A stretch of 64,000 nt of DNA from NCBI GenBank assembly GCA_964057225.1, contig OZ059900.1, forward strand, positions 17,980,001 to 18,044,000. Direction: 5' to 3'. The position numbers and the translations under genes are program-made. Below are positions 24,625 to 38,500 of the stretch, piece after piece (position 1 is the first letter of the stretch; each line of letters starts with the position of its first letter). Source of the stretch: Auanema rhodensis (taxonomy: Eukaryota; Animalia; Nematoda). Under the pieces are notes generated by a model, which saw only the letters and a list, made by a program, of their open reading frames with translations, did not search any database and had not been told where the DNA came from.

Positions 24625-27600
24625 TGAACAAAAATCGATTTAATCAATATTAGCCATAAGGGGCGTGCCCTCAGAATATGCTAATTTCCTTAATTTTCTA
24701 ACCCCTGTTTTTTTGTCGTGAAAGTGGAACTAGACGTTGTAGGAACAATTTTGAGCTAGGTTTCATTGACATTGCATGAGTTTGAACACATGAAATCGTA
24801 AGTCAAAACCTTGTTTACAGCGAAATTTCCAAAAACTGGTTTTCCAGCATAATAAAATATTTCTCATGGGAAATACTGTGTTTTTGTATTTTTCTAGTGT
24901 TCAGCATGTGAAATGCTTCATTTTAGTATGTAACACGCTGAAATTCGTTGCATTTGACGACTCATATGAACAAAAATCGATTTAATCAATATTAGCCATA
25001 AGGGGCGTGCCCTCAGAATATGCTAATTTCCTTAATTTTCTAACCCCGGTTTTTTTGTCGTGAAAGTGGAATTAGACGTTGTAGGAACAATTTTGAGCTA
25101 GGTTTCATTGACATTGCATGAGTTTGAACACATGAAATCGTAAGTCAAAACCTTGTTTACAGCGAAATTTCCAAAAACTGGTTTTCCAGCATAATAAAAT
25201 ATTTCTCATGGGAAATACTGTGTTTTTGTATTTTTCTAGTGTTCAGCATGTAAAATGCTTCATTTTAGTATGTAACACGCTGAAATTCGTTGCATTTGAC
25301 TACTCATATGAACAAAAATCGATTTAATCAATATTAGCCATAAGGGGCGTGCCCTCAGAATATGCTAATTTCCTTAATTTTCTAACCCCTGTTTTTTTGT
25401 CGTGAAAGTGGAACTAGACGTTGTACAAACAATTTTGAGCTAGGTTTCATTGACATTGCATGAGTTTGAACACATGAAATCGTAAGTCAAAACCTTGTTT
25501 ACAGCGAAATTTCCAAAAACTGGTTTTCCAGCATAATAAAATATTTCTCATGAGAAATACTGTGTTTTTGTATTTTTCTAGTGTTCAGCATGTAAAATGC
25601 TTCATTTTAGTATGTAACACGCTGAAATTCGTTGCATTTGACTACTCATATGAACAAAAATCGATTTAATCAATATTAGCCATAAGGGGCGTGCCCTCAG
25701 AATATGCTAATTTCCTTAATTTTCTAACCCCTGTTTTTTTGTCGTGAAAGTGGAACTAGACGTTGTACAAACAATTTTGAGCTAGGTTTCATTGACATTG
25801 CATGAGTTTGAACACATGAAATCGTAAGTCAAAACCTTGTTTACAGCGAAATTTCCAAAAACTGGTTTTCCAGCATAATAAAATATTTCTCATGAGAAAT
25901 ACTGTGTTTTTGTATTTTTCTAGTGTTCAGCATGTAAAATGCTTCATTTTAGTATGTAACACGATGAAATTCGTTGCATTTGACGACTCATATGAACAAA
26001 AATCGATTTAATCAATATTAGCCATAAGGGGCGTGCCCTCAGAATATGCTAATTTCCTTAATTTTCTAACCCCTGTTTTTTTGTCGTGAAAGTGGAACTA
26101 GACGTTGTAGGAACAATTTTGAGCTAGGTTTCATTGACATTGCATGAGTTTGAACACATGAAATCGTAAGTCAAAACCTTGTTTACAGCGAAATTTCCAA
26201 AAACTGGTTTTCCAGCATAATAAAATATTTCTCATGGGAAATACTGTGTTTTTGTATTTTTCTAGTGTTCAGCATGTGAAATGCTTCATTTTAGTATGTA
26301 ACACGCTGAAATTCGTTGCATTTGACGACTCATATGAACAAAAATCGATTTAATCAATATTAGCCATAAGGGGCGTGCCCTCAGAATATGCTAATTTCCT
26401 TAATTTTCTAACCCCTGTTTTTTTGTCGTGAAAGTGGAAACAGACGTTGTAGGAACAATTTTGAGCTAGGTTTCATTGACATTGCATGAGTTTGAACACA
26501 TGAAATCGTAAGTCAAAACCTTGTTTACAGCGAAATTTCCAAAAACTGGTTTTCCAGCATAATAAAATATTTCTCATGAGAAATACTGTATTTTTGTATT
26601 TTTCTAGTGTTCAGCATGTAAAATGCTTCATTTTAGTATGTAACACGATGAAATTCGTTGCATTTGACGACTCATATGAACAAAAATCGATTTAATCAAT
26701 ATTAGCCATAAGGGGCGTGCCCTCAGAATATGCTAATTTCATTAATTTTCTAACCCCTGTTTTTTTGTCGTGAAAGTGGAACTAGACGTTGTAGGAACAA
26801 TTTTGAGCTAGGTTTCATTGACATTGCATGAGTTTGAACACATGAAATCGTAAGTCAAAACCTTGTTTACAGCGAAATTTCCAAAAACTGGTTTTCCAGC
26901 ATAATAAAATATTTCTCATGGGAAATACTGTGTTTTTGTATTTTTCTAGTGTTCAGCATGTAAAATGCTTCATTTTAGTATGTAACACGCTGAAATTCGT
27001 TGCATTTGACGACTCATATGAACAAAAATCGATTTAATCAATATTAGCCATAAGGGGCGTGCCCTCAGAATATGCTAATTTCCTTAATTTTCTAACCCCT
27101 GTTTTTTTGTCGTGAAAGTGGAAACAGACGTTGTAGGAACAATTTTGAGCTAGGTTTCATTGACATTGCATGAGTTTGAACACATGAAATCGTAAGTCAA
27201 AACCTTGTTTACAGCGAAATTTCCAAAAACTGGTTTTCCAGCATAATAAAATATTTCTCATGAGAAATACTGTGTTTTTGTATTTTTCTAGTGTTCAGCA
27301 TGTAAAATGCTTCATTTTAGTATGTAACACGATGAAATTCGTTGCATTTGACGACTCATATGAACAAAAATCGATTTAATCAATATTAGCCATAAGGGGC
27401 GTGCCCTCAGAATATGCTAATTTCATTAATTTTCTAACCCCTGTTTTTTTGTCGTGAAAGTGGAACTAGACGTTGTAGGAACAATTTTGAGCTAGGTTTC
27501 ATTGACATTGCATGAGTTTGAACACATGAAATCGTAAGTCAAAACCTTGTTTACAGCGAAATTTCCAAAAACTGGTTTTCCAGCATAATAAAATATTTCT

Positions 27601-30600
27601 CATGGGAAATACTGTGTTTTTGTATTTTTCTAGTGTTCAGCATGTAAAATGCTTCATTTTAGTATGTAACACGCTGAAATTCGTTGCATTTGACGACTCA
27701 TATGAACAAAAATCGATTTAATCAATATTAGCCATAAGGGGCGTGCCCTCAGAATATGCTAATTTCCTTAATTTTCTAACCCCTGTTTTTTTGTCGTGAA
27801 AGTGGAACTAGACGTTGTAGGAACAATTTTGAGCTAGGTTTCATTGACATTGCATGAGTTTGAACACATGAAATCGTAAGTCAAAACCTTGTTTACAGCG
27901 AAATTTCCAAAAACTGGTTTTCCAGCATAATAAAATATTTCTCATGGGAAATACTGTGTTTTTGTATTTTTCTAGTGTTCAGCATGTGAAATGCTTCATT
28001 TTAGTATGTAACACGCTGAAATTCGTTGCATTTGACGACTCATATGAACAAAAATCGATTTAATCAATATTAGCCATAAGGGGCGTGCCCTCAGAATATG
28101 CTAATTTCCTTAATTTTCTAACCCCGGTTTTTTTGTCGTGAAAGTGGAATTAGACGTTGTAGGAACAATTTTGAGCTAGGTTTCATTGACATTGCATGAG
28201 TTTGAACACATGAAATCGTAAGTCAAAACCTTGTTTACAGCGAAATTTCCAAAAACTGGTTTTCCAGCATAATAAAATATTTCTCATGGGAAATACTGTG
28301 TTTTTGTATTTTTCTAGTGTTCAGCATGTAAAATGCTTCATTTTAGTATGTAACACGCTGAAATTCGTTGCATTTGACTACTCATATGAACAAAAATCGA
28401 TTTAATCAATATTAGCCATAAGGGGCGTGCCCTCAGAATATGCTAATTTCCTAAATTTTCTAACCCCTGTTTTTTTGTCGTGAAAGTGGAACTAGACGTT
28501 GTACAAACAATTTTGAGCTAGGTTTCATTGACATTGCATGAGTTTGAACACATGAAATCGTAAGTCAAAACCTTGTTTACAGCGAAATTTCCAAAAACTG
28601 GTTTTCCAGCATAATAAAATATTTCTCATGAGAAATACTGTGTTTTTGTATTTTTCTAGTGTTCAGCATGTAAAATGCTTCATTTTAGTATGTAACACGC
28701 TGAAATTCGTTGCATTTGACGACTCATATGAACAAAAATCGATTTAATCAATATTAGCCATAAGCGGCGTGCCCTCAGAATATGCTAATTTCCTTAATTT
28801 TCTAACCCCGGTTTTTTTGTCGTGAAAGTGGAACTAGACGTTGTAGGAACAATTTTGAGCTAGGTTTCATTGACATTGCATGAGTTTGAACACATGAAAT
28901 CGTAAGTCAAAACCTTGTTTACAGCGAAATTTCCAAAAACTGGTTTTCCAGCATAATAAAATATTTCTCATGGGAAATACTGTGTTTTTGTATTTTTCTA
29001 GTGTTCAGCATGTAAAATGCTTCATTTTAGTATGTAACACGCTGAAATTCGTTGCATTTGACTACTCATATGAACAAAAATCGATTTAATCAATATTAGC
29101 CATAAGGGGCGTGCCCTCAGAATATGCTAATTTCCTTAATTTTCTAACCCCTGTTTTTTTGTCGTGAAAGTGGAACTAGACGTTGTAGGAACAATTTTGA
29201 GCTAGGTTTCATTGACATTGCATGAGTTTGAACACATGAAATCGTAAGTCAAAACCTTGTTTACAGCGAAATTTCCAAAAACTGGTTTTCCAGCATAATA
29301 AAATATTTCTCATGGGAAATACTGTGTTTTTGTATTTTTCTAGTGTTCAGCATGTGAAATGCTTCATTTTAGTATGTAACACGCTGAAATTCGTTGCATT
29401 TGACGACTCATATGAACAAAAATCGATTTAATCAATATTAGCCATAAGGGGCGTGCCCTCAGAATATGCTAATTTCCTTAATTTTCTAACCCCGGTTTTT
29501 TTGTCGTGAAAGTGGAATTAGACGTTGTAGGAACAATTTTGAGCTAGGTTTCATTGACATTGCATGAGTTTGAACACATGAAATCGTAAGTCAAAACCTT
29601 GTTTACAGCGAAATTTCCAAAAACTGGTTTTCCAGCATAATAAAATATTTCTCATGGGAAATACTGTGTTTTTGTATTTTTCTAGTGTTCAGCATGTAAA
29701 ATGCTTCATTTTAGTATGTAACACGCTGAAATTCGTTGCATTTGACGACTCATATGAACAAAAATCGATTTAATCAATATTAGCCATAAGGGGCGTGCCC
29801 TCAGAATATGCTAATTTCCTTAATTTTCTAACCCCTGTTTTTTTGTCGTGAAAGTGGAACTAGACGTTGTAGGAACAATTTTGAGCTAGGTTTCATTGAC
29901 ATTGCATGAGTTTGAACACATGAAATCGTAAGTCAAAACCTTGTTTACAGCGAAATTTCCAAAAACTGGTTTTCCAGCATAATAAAATATTTCTCATGGG
30001 AAATACTGTGTTTTTGTATTTTTCTAGTGTTCAGCATGTAAAATGCTTCATTTTAGTATGTAACACGCTGAAATTCGTTGCATTTGACGACTCATATGAA
30101 CAAAAATCGATTTAATCAATATTAGCCATAAGGGGCGTGCCCTCAGAATATGCTAATTTCCTTAATTTTCTAACCCCTGTTTTTTTGTCGTGAAAGTGGA
30201 ACTAGACGTTGTAGGAACAATTTTGAGCTAGGTTTCATTGACATTGCATGAGTTTGAACACATGAAATCGTAAGTCAAAACCTTGTTTACAGCGAAATTT
30301 CCAAAAACTGGTTTTCCAGCATAATAAAATATTTCTCATGGGAAATACTGTGTTTTTGTATTTTTCTAGTGTTCAGCATGTGAAATGCTTCATTTTAGTA
30401 TGTAACACGCTGAAATTCGTTGCATTTGACGACTCATATGAACAAAAATCGATTTAATCAATATTAGCCATAAGGGGCGTGCCCTCAGAATATGCTAATT
30501 TCCTTAATTTTCTAACCCCGGTTTTTTTGTCGTGAAAGTGGAATTAGACGTTGTAGGAACAATTTTGAGCTAGGTTTCATTGACATTGCATGAGTTTGAA

Positions 30601-33600
30601 CACATGAAATCGTAAGTCAAAACCTTGTTTACAGCGAAATTTCCAAAAACTGGTTTTCCAGCATAATAAAATATTTCTCATGGGAAATACTGTGTTTTTG
30701 TATTTTTCTAGTGTTCAGCATGTAAAATGCTTCATTTTAGTATGTAACACGCTGAAATTCGTTGCATTTGACTACTCATATGAACAAAAATCGATTTAAT
30801 CAATATTAGCCATAAGGGGCGTGCCCTCAGAATATGCTAATTTCCTTAATTTTCTAACCCCTGTTTTTTTGTCGTGAAAGTGGAACTAGACGTTGTACAA
30901 ACAATTTTGAGCTAGGTTTCATTGACATTGCATGAGTTTGAACACATGAAATCGTAAGTCAAAACCTTGTTTACAGCGAAATTTCCAAAAACTGGTTTTC
31001 CAGCATAATAAAATATTTCTCATGAGAAATACTGTGTTTTTGTATTTTTCTAGTGTTCAGCATGTAAAATGCTTCATTTTAGTATGTAACACGCTGAAAT
31101 TCGTTGCATTTGACTACTCATATGAACAAAAATCGATTTAATCAATATTAGCCATAAGGGGCGTGCCCTCAGAATATGCTAATTTCCTTAATTTTCTAAC
31201 CCCTGTTTTTTTGTCGTGAAAGTGGAACTAGACGTTGTACAAACAATTTTGAGCTAGGTTTCATTGACATTGCATGAGTTTGAACACATGAAATCGTAAG
31301 TCAAAACCTTGTTTACAGCGAAATTTCCAAAAACTGGTTTTCCAGCATAATAAAATATTTCTCATGAGAAATACTGTGTTTTTGTATTTTTCTAGTGTTC
31401 AGCATGTAAAATGCTTCATTTTAGTATGTAACACGATGAAATTCGTTGCATTTGACGACTCATATGAACAAAAATCGATTTAATCAATATTAGCCATAAG
31501 GGGCGTGCCCTCAGAATATGCTAATTTCCTTAATTTTCTAACCCCTGTTTTTTTGTCGTGAAAGTGGAACTAGACGTTGTAGGAACAATTTTGAGCTAGG
31601 TTTCATTGACATTGCATGAGTTTGAACACATGAAATCGTAAGTCAAAACCTTGTTTACAGCGAAATTTCCAAAAACTGGTTTTCCAGCATAATAAAATAT
31701 TTCTCATGGGAAATACTGTGTTTTTGTATTTTTCTAGTGTTCAGCATGTGAAATGCTTCATTTTAGTATGTAACACGCTGAAATTCGTTGCATTTGACGA
31801 CTCATATGAACAAAAATCGATTTAATCAATATTAGCCATAAGGGGCGTGCCCTCAGAATATGCTAATTTCCTTAATTTTCTAACCCCTGTTTTTTTGTCG
31901 TGAAAGTGGAAACAGACGTTGTAGGAACAATTTTGAGCTAGGTTTCATTGACATTGCATGAGTTTGAACACATGAAATCGTAAGTCAAAACCTTGTTTAC
32001 AGCGAAATTTCCAAAAACTGGTTTTCCAGCATAATAAAATATTTCTCATGAGAAATACTGTGTTTTTGTATTTTTCTAGTGTTCAGCATGTAAAATGCTT
32101 CATTTTAGTATGTAACACGATGAAATTCGTTGCATTTGACGACTCATATGAACAAAAATCGATTTAATCAATATTAGCCATAAGGGGCGTGCCCTCAGAA
32201 TATGCTAATTTCATTAATTTTCTAACCCCTGTTTTTTTGTCGTGAAAGTGGAACTAGACGTTGTAGGAACAATTTTGAGCTAGGTTTCATTGACATTGCA
32301 TGAGTTTGAACACATGAAATCGTAAGTCAAAACCTTGTTTACAGCGAAATTTCCAAAAACTGGTTTTCCAGCATAATAAAATATTTCTCATGGGAAATAC
32401 TGTGTTTTTGTATTTTTCTAGTGTTCAGCATGTAAAATGCTTCATTTTAGTATGTAACACGCTGAAATTCGTTGCATTTGACGACTCATATGAACAAAAA
32501 TCGATTTAATCAATATTAGCCATAAGGGGCGTGCCCTCAGAATATGCTAATTTCCTTAATTTTCTAACCCCTGTTTTTTTGTCGTGAAAGTGGAAACAGA
32601 CGTTGTAGGAACAATTTTGAGCTAGGTTTCATTGACATTGCATGAGTTTGAACACATGAAATCGTAAGTCAAAACCTTGTTTACAGCGAAATTTCCAAAA
32701 ACTGGTTTTCCAGCATAATAAAATATTTCTCATGAGAAATACTGTGTTTTTGTATTTTTCTAGTGTTCAGCATGTAAAATGCTTCATTTTAGTATGTAAC
32801 ACGATGAAATTCGTTGCATTTGACGACTCATATGAACAAAAATCGATTTAATCAATATTAGCCATAAGGGGCGTGCCCTCAGAATATGCTAATTTCATTA
32901 ATTTTCTAACCCCTGTTTTTTTGTCGTGAAAGTGGAACTAGACGTTGTAGGAACAATTTTGAGCTAGGTTTCATTGACATTGCATGAGTTTGAACACATG
33001 AAATCGTAAGTCAAAACCTTGTTTACAGCGAAATTTCCAAAAACTGGTTTTCCAGCATAATAAAATATTTCTCATGGGAAATACTGTGTTTTTGTATTTT
33101 TCTAGTGTTCAGCATGTAAAATGCTTCATTTTAGTATGTAACACGCTGAAATTCGTTGCATTTGACGACTCATATGAACAAAAATCGATTTAATCAATAT
33201 TAGCCATAAGGGGCGTGCCCTCAGAATATGCTAATTTCCTTAATTTTCTAACCCCGGTTTTTTTGTCGTGAAAGTGGAATTAGACGTTGTAGGAACAATT
33301 TTGAGCTAGGTTTCATTGACATTGCATGAGTTTGAACACATGAAATCGTAAGTCAAAACCTTGTTTACAGCGAAATTTCCAAAAACTGGTTTTCCAGCAT
33401 AATAAAATATTTCTCATGGGAAATACTGTGTTTTTGTATTTTTCTAGTGTTCAGCATGTGAAATGCTTCATTTTAGTATGTAACACGCTGAAATTCGTTG
33501 CATTTGACGACTCATATGAACAAAAATCGATTTAATCAATATTAGCCATAAGGGGCGTGCCCTCAGAATATGCTAATTTCCTTAATTTTCTAACCCCGGT

Positions 33601-35568
33601 TTTTTTGTCGTGAAAGTGGAATTAGACGTTGTAGGAACAATTTTGAGCTAGGTTTCATTGACATTGCATGAGTTTGAACACATGAAATCGTAAGTCAAAA
33701 CCTTGTTTACAGCGAAATTTCCAAAAACTGGTTTTCCAGCATAATAAAATATTTCTCATGGGAAATACTGTGTTTTTGTATTTTTCTAGTGTTCAGCATG
33801 TAAAATGCTTCATTTTAGTATGTAACACGCTGAAATTCGTTGCATTTGACTACTCATATGAACAAAAATCGATTTAATCAATATTAGCCATAAGGGGCGT
33901 GCCCTCAGAATATGCTAATTTCCTTAATTTTCTAACCCCTGTTTTTTTGTCGTGAAAGTGGAACTAGACGTTGTACAAACAATTTTGAGCTAGGTTTCAT
34001 TGACATTGCATGAGTTTGAACACATGAAATCGTAAGTCAAAACCTTGTTTACAGCGAAATTTCCAAAAACTGGTTTTCCAGCATAATAAAATATTTCTCA
34101 TGAGAAATACTGTGTTTTTGTATTTTTCTAGTGTTCAGCATGTAAAATGCTTCATTTTAGTATGTAACACGCTGAAATTCGTTGCATTTGACGACTCATA
34201 TGAACAAAAATCGATTTAATCAATATTAGCCATAAGCGGCGTGCCCTCAGAATATGCTAATTTCCTTAATTTTCTAACCCCGGTTTTTTTGTCGTGAAAG
34301 TGGAACTAGACGTTGTAGGAACAATTTTGAGCTAGGTTTCATTGACATTGCATGAGTTTGAACACATGAAATCGTAAGTCAAAACCTTGTTTACAGCGAA
34401 ATTTCCAAAAACTGGTTTTCCAGCATAATAAAATATTTCTCATGGGAAATACTGTGTTTTTGTATTTTTCTAGTGTTCAGCATGTAAAATGCTTCATTTT
34501 AGTATGTAACACGCTGAAATTCGTTGCATTTGACTACTCATATGAACAAAAATCGATTTAATCAATATTAGCCATAAGGGGCGTGCCCTCAGAATATGCT
34601 AATTTCCTTAATTTTCTAACCCCTGTTTTTTTGTCGTGAAAGTGGAACTAGACGTTGTAGGAACAATTTTGAGCTAGGTTTCATTGACATTGCATGAGTT
34701 TGAACACATGAAATCGTAAGTCAAAACCTTGTTTACAGCGAAATTTCCAAAAACTGGTTTTCCAGCATAATAAAATATTTCTCATGGGAAATACTGTGTT
34801 TTTGTATTTTTCTAGTGTTCAGCATGTGAAATGCTTCATTTTAGTATGTAACACGCTGAAATTCGTTGCATTTGACGACTCATATGAACAAAAATCGATT
34901 TAATCAATATTAGCCATAAGGGGCGTGCCCTCAGAATATGCTAATTTCCTTAATTTTCTAACCCCGGTTTTTTTGTCGTGAAAGTGGAATTAGACGTTGT
35001 AGGAACAATTTTGAGCTAGGTTTCATTGACATTGCATGAGTTTGAACACATGAAATCGTAAGTCAAAACCTTGTTTACAGCGAAATTTCCAAAAACTGGT
35101 TTTCCAGCATAATAAAATATTTCTCATGGGAAATACTGTGTTTTTGTATTTTTCTAGTGTTCAGCATGTAAAATGCTTCATTTTAGTATGTAACACGCTG
35201 AAATTCGTTGCATTTGACGACTCATATGAACAAAAATCGATTTAATCAATATTAGCCATAAGGGGCGTGCCCTCAGAATATGCTAATTTCCTTAATTTTC
35301 TAACCCCTGTTTTTTTGTCGTGAAAGTGGAACTAGACGTTGTAGGAACAATTTTGAGCTAGGTTTCATTGACATTGCATGAGTTTGAACACATGAAATCG
35401 TAAGTCAAAACCTTGTTTACAGCGAAATTTCCAAAAACTGGTTTTCCAGCATAATAAAATATTTCTCATGGGAAATACTGTGTTTTTGTATTTTTCTAGT
35501 GTTCAGCATGTAAAATGCTTCATTTTAGTATGTAACACGCTGAAATTCGTTGCATTTGACGACTCATA
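24625..35568. repeat. Tandem duplication of a 16-monomer block (5472 bp x2): M73-88 = M89-104
   Basis: Shared order, including paired GGAAACAGA monomers (26335/27019 vs 31807/32491) and the AAGCGGC monomer (28729 vs 34201). There are a few differences (M78, M82/M98, M84). Confidence 0.87.
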
Positions 35569-38500
35569 TGAACAAAAATCGATTTAATCAATATTAGCCA
35601 TAAGGGGCGTGCCCTCAGAATATGCTAATTTCCTTAATTTTCTAACCCCTGTTTTTTTGTCGTGAAAGTGGAATTAGACGTTGTAGGAACAATTTTGAGC
35701 TAGGTTTCATTGACATTGCATGAGTTTGAACGCATGAAATCGTAAGTCAAAACCTTGTTTACAGCGAAATTTCCAAAAACTGGTTTTCCAGCATAATAAA
35801 ATATTTCTCATGGGAAATACTGTGTTTTTGTATTTTTATAGTGTTCAGCATGTAAAATGCTTCATTTTAGTATGTAACACGCTGAAATTCGTTGCATTTG
35901 ACGACTCATATGAACAAAAATCGATTTAATCAATATTAGCCATAAGGGGCGTGCCCTCAGAATATGCTAATTTCCTTAATTTTCTAACCCCGGTTTTTTT
36001 GTCGTGAAAGTGGAATTAGACGTTGTAGGAACAATTTTGATCTAGGTTTCATTGACATTGCATGAGTTTGAACACATGAAATCGTAAGTCAAAACCTTGT
36101 TTACAGCGAAATTTCCAAAAACTGGTTTTCCAGCATAATAAAATATTTCTCATGGGAAATACTGTGTTTTTGTATTTTTCTAGTGTTCAGCATGTAAAAT
36201 GTTTCATTTTAGTATGTAACACGCTGAAATTCGTTGCATTTGACTACTCATATGAACAAAAATCGATTTAATCAATATTAGCCATAAGGGGCGTGCCCTC
36301 AGAATATGCTAATTTCCTTAATTTTCTAACCCCTGTTTTTTTGTCGTGAAAGTGGAACTAGACGTTGTAGGAACAATTTTGAGCTAGGTTTCATTGACAT
36401 TGCATGAGTTTGAACACATGAAATCGTAAGTCAAAACCTTGTTTACAGCGAAATTTCCAAAAACTGGTTTTCCAGCATAATAAAATATTTCTCATGAGAA
36501 ATACTGTGTTTTTGTATTTTTCTAGTGTTCAGCATGTAAAATGCTTCATTTTAGTATGTAACAGGATGAAATTCGTTGCATTTGACGACTCATATGAACA
36601 AAAATCGATTTAATCAATATTAGCCATAAGGGGCGTGCCCTCAGAATATGCTAATTTCATTAATTTTCTAACCCCTGTTTTTTTGTCGTGAAAGTGGAAC
36701 TAGACGTTGTACGAACAATTTTGAGCTAGGTTTCATTGACATTGCATGAGTTTGAACACATGAAATCGTAAGTCAAAACCTTGTTTACAGCGAAATTTCC
36801 AAAAACTGGTTTTCCAGCATAATAAAATATTTCTCATGGGAAATACTGTGTTTTTGTATTTTTCTAGTGTTCAGCATGTAAAATGCTTCATTTTAGTATG
36901 TAACACGCTGAAATTCGTTGCATTTGACGACTCATATGAACAAAAATCGATTTAATCAATATTAGCCATAAGGGGCGTGCCCTCAGAATATGCTAATTTC
37001 CTTAATTTTCTAACCCCTGTTTTTTTGTCGTGAAAGTGGAACTAGACGTTGTAGGAACAATTTTGAGCTAGGTTTCATTGACATTGCATGAGTTTGAACA
37101 CATGAAATCGTAAGTCAAAACCTTGTTTACAGCGAAATTTCCAAAAACTGGTTTTCCAGCATAATAAAATATTTCTCATGAGAAATACTGTGTTTTTGTA
37201 TTTTTCTAGTGTTCAGCATGTAAAATGCTTCATTTTAGTATGTAACACGCTGAAATTCGTTGCATTTGACGACTCATATGAACAAAAATCGATTTAATCA
37301 ATATTAGCCATAAGGGGCGTGCCCTCAGAATATGCTAATTTCCTTAATTTTCTAACCCCTGTTTTTTTGTCGTGAAAGTGGAACTAGACGTTGTAGGAAC
37401 AATTTTGAGCTAGGTTTCATTGACATTGCATGAGTTTGAACACATGAAATCGTAAGTCAAAACCTTGTTTACAGCGAAATTTCCAAAAACTGGTTTTCCA
37501 GCATAATAAAATATTTCTCATGGGAAATACTGTGTTTTTGTATTTTTCTAGTGTTCAGCATGTGAAATGCTTCATTTTAGTATGTAACACGCTGAAATTC
37601 GTTGCATTTGACGACTCATATGAACAAAAATCGATTTAACCAATATTAGCCAGAAGGGGCGTGCCCTCAGAATATGCTAATTTCCTTAATTTTCTAACCC
37701 CTGTTTTTTTGTCGTGAAAGTGGAATTAGACGTTGTAGGAACAATTTTGAGCTAGGTTTCATTGACATTGCATGAGTTTGAACGCATGAAATCGTAAGTC
37801 AAAACCTTGTTTACAGCGAAATTTCCAAAAACTGGTTTTCCAGCATAATAAAATATTTCTCATGGGAAATACTGTGTTTTTGTATTTTTATAGTGTTCAG
37901 CATGTAAAATGCTTCATTTTAGTATGTAACACGCTGAAATTCGTTGCATTTGACGACTCATATGAACAAAAATCGATTTAATCAATATTAGCCATAAGGG
38001 GCGTGCCCTCAGAATATGCTAATTTCCTTAATTTTCTAACCCCTGTTTTTTTGTCGTGAAAGTGGAACTAGACGTTGTAGGAACAATTTTGAGCTAGGTT
38101 TCATTGACATTGCATGAGTTTGAACACATGAAATCGTAAGTCAAAACCTTGTTTACAGCGAAATTTCCAAAAACTGGTTTTCCAGCATAATAAAATATTT
38201 CTCATGGGAAATACTGTGTTTTTGTATTTTTCTAGTGTTCAGCATGTAAAATGCTTCATTTTAGTATGTAACACGCTGAAATTCGTTGCATTTGACGACT
38301 CATATGAACAAAAATCGATTTAATCAATATTAGCCATAAGGGGCGTGCCCTCAGAATATGCTAATTTCCTTAATTTTCTAACCCCTGTTTTTTTGTCGTG
38401 AAAGTGGAATTAGACGTTGTAGGAACAATTTTGAGCTAGGTTTCATTGACATTGCATGAGTTTGAACGCATGAAATCGTAAGTCAAAACCTTGTTTACAG

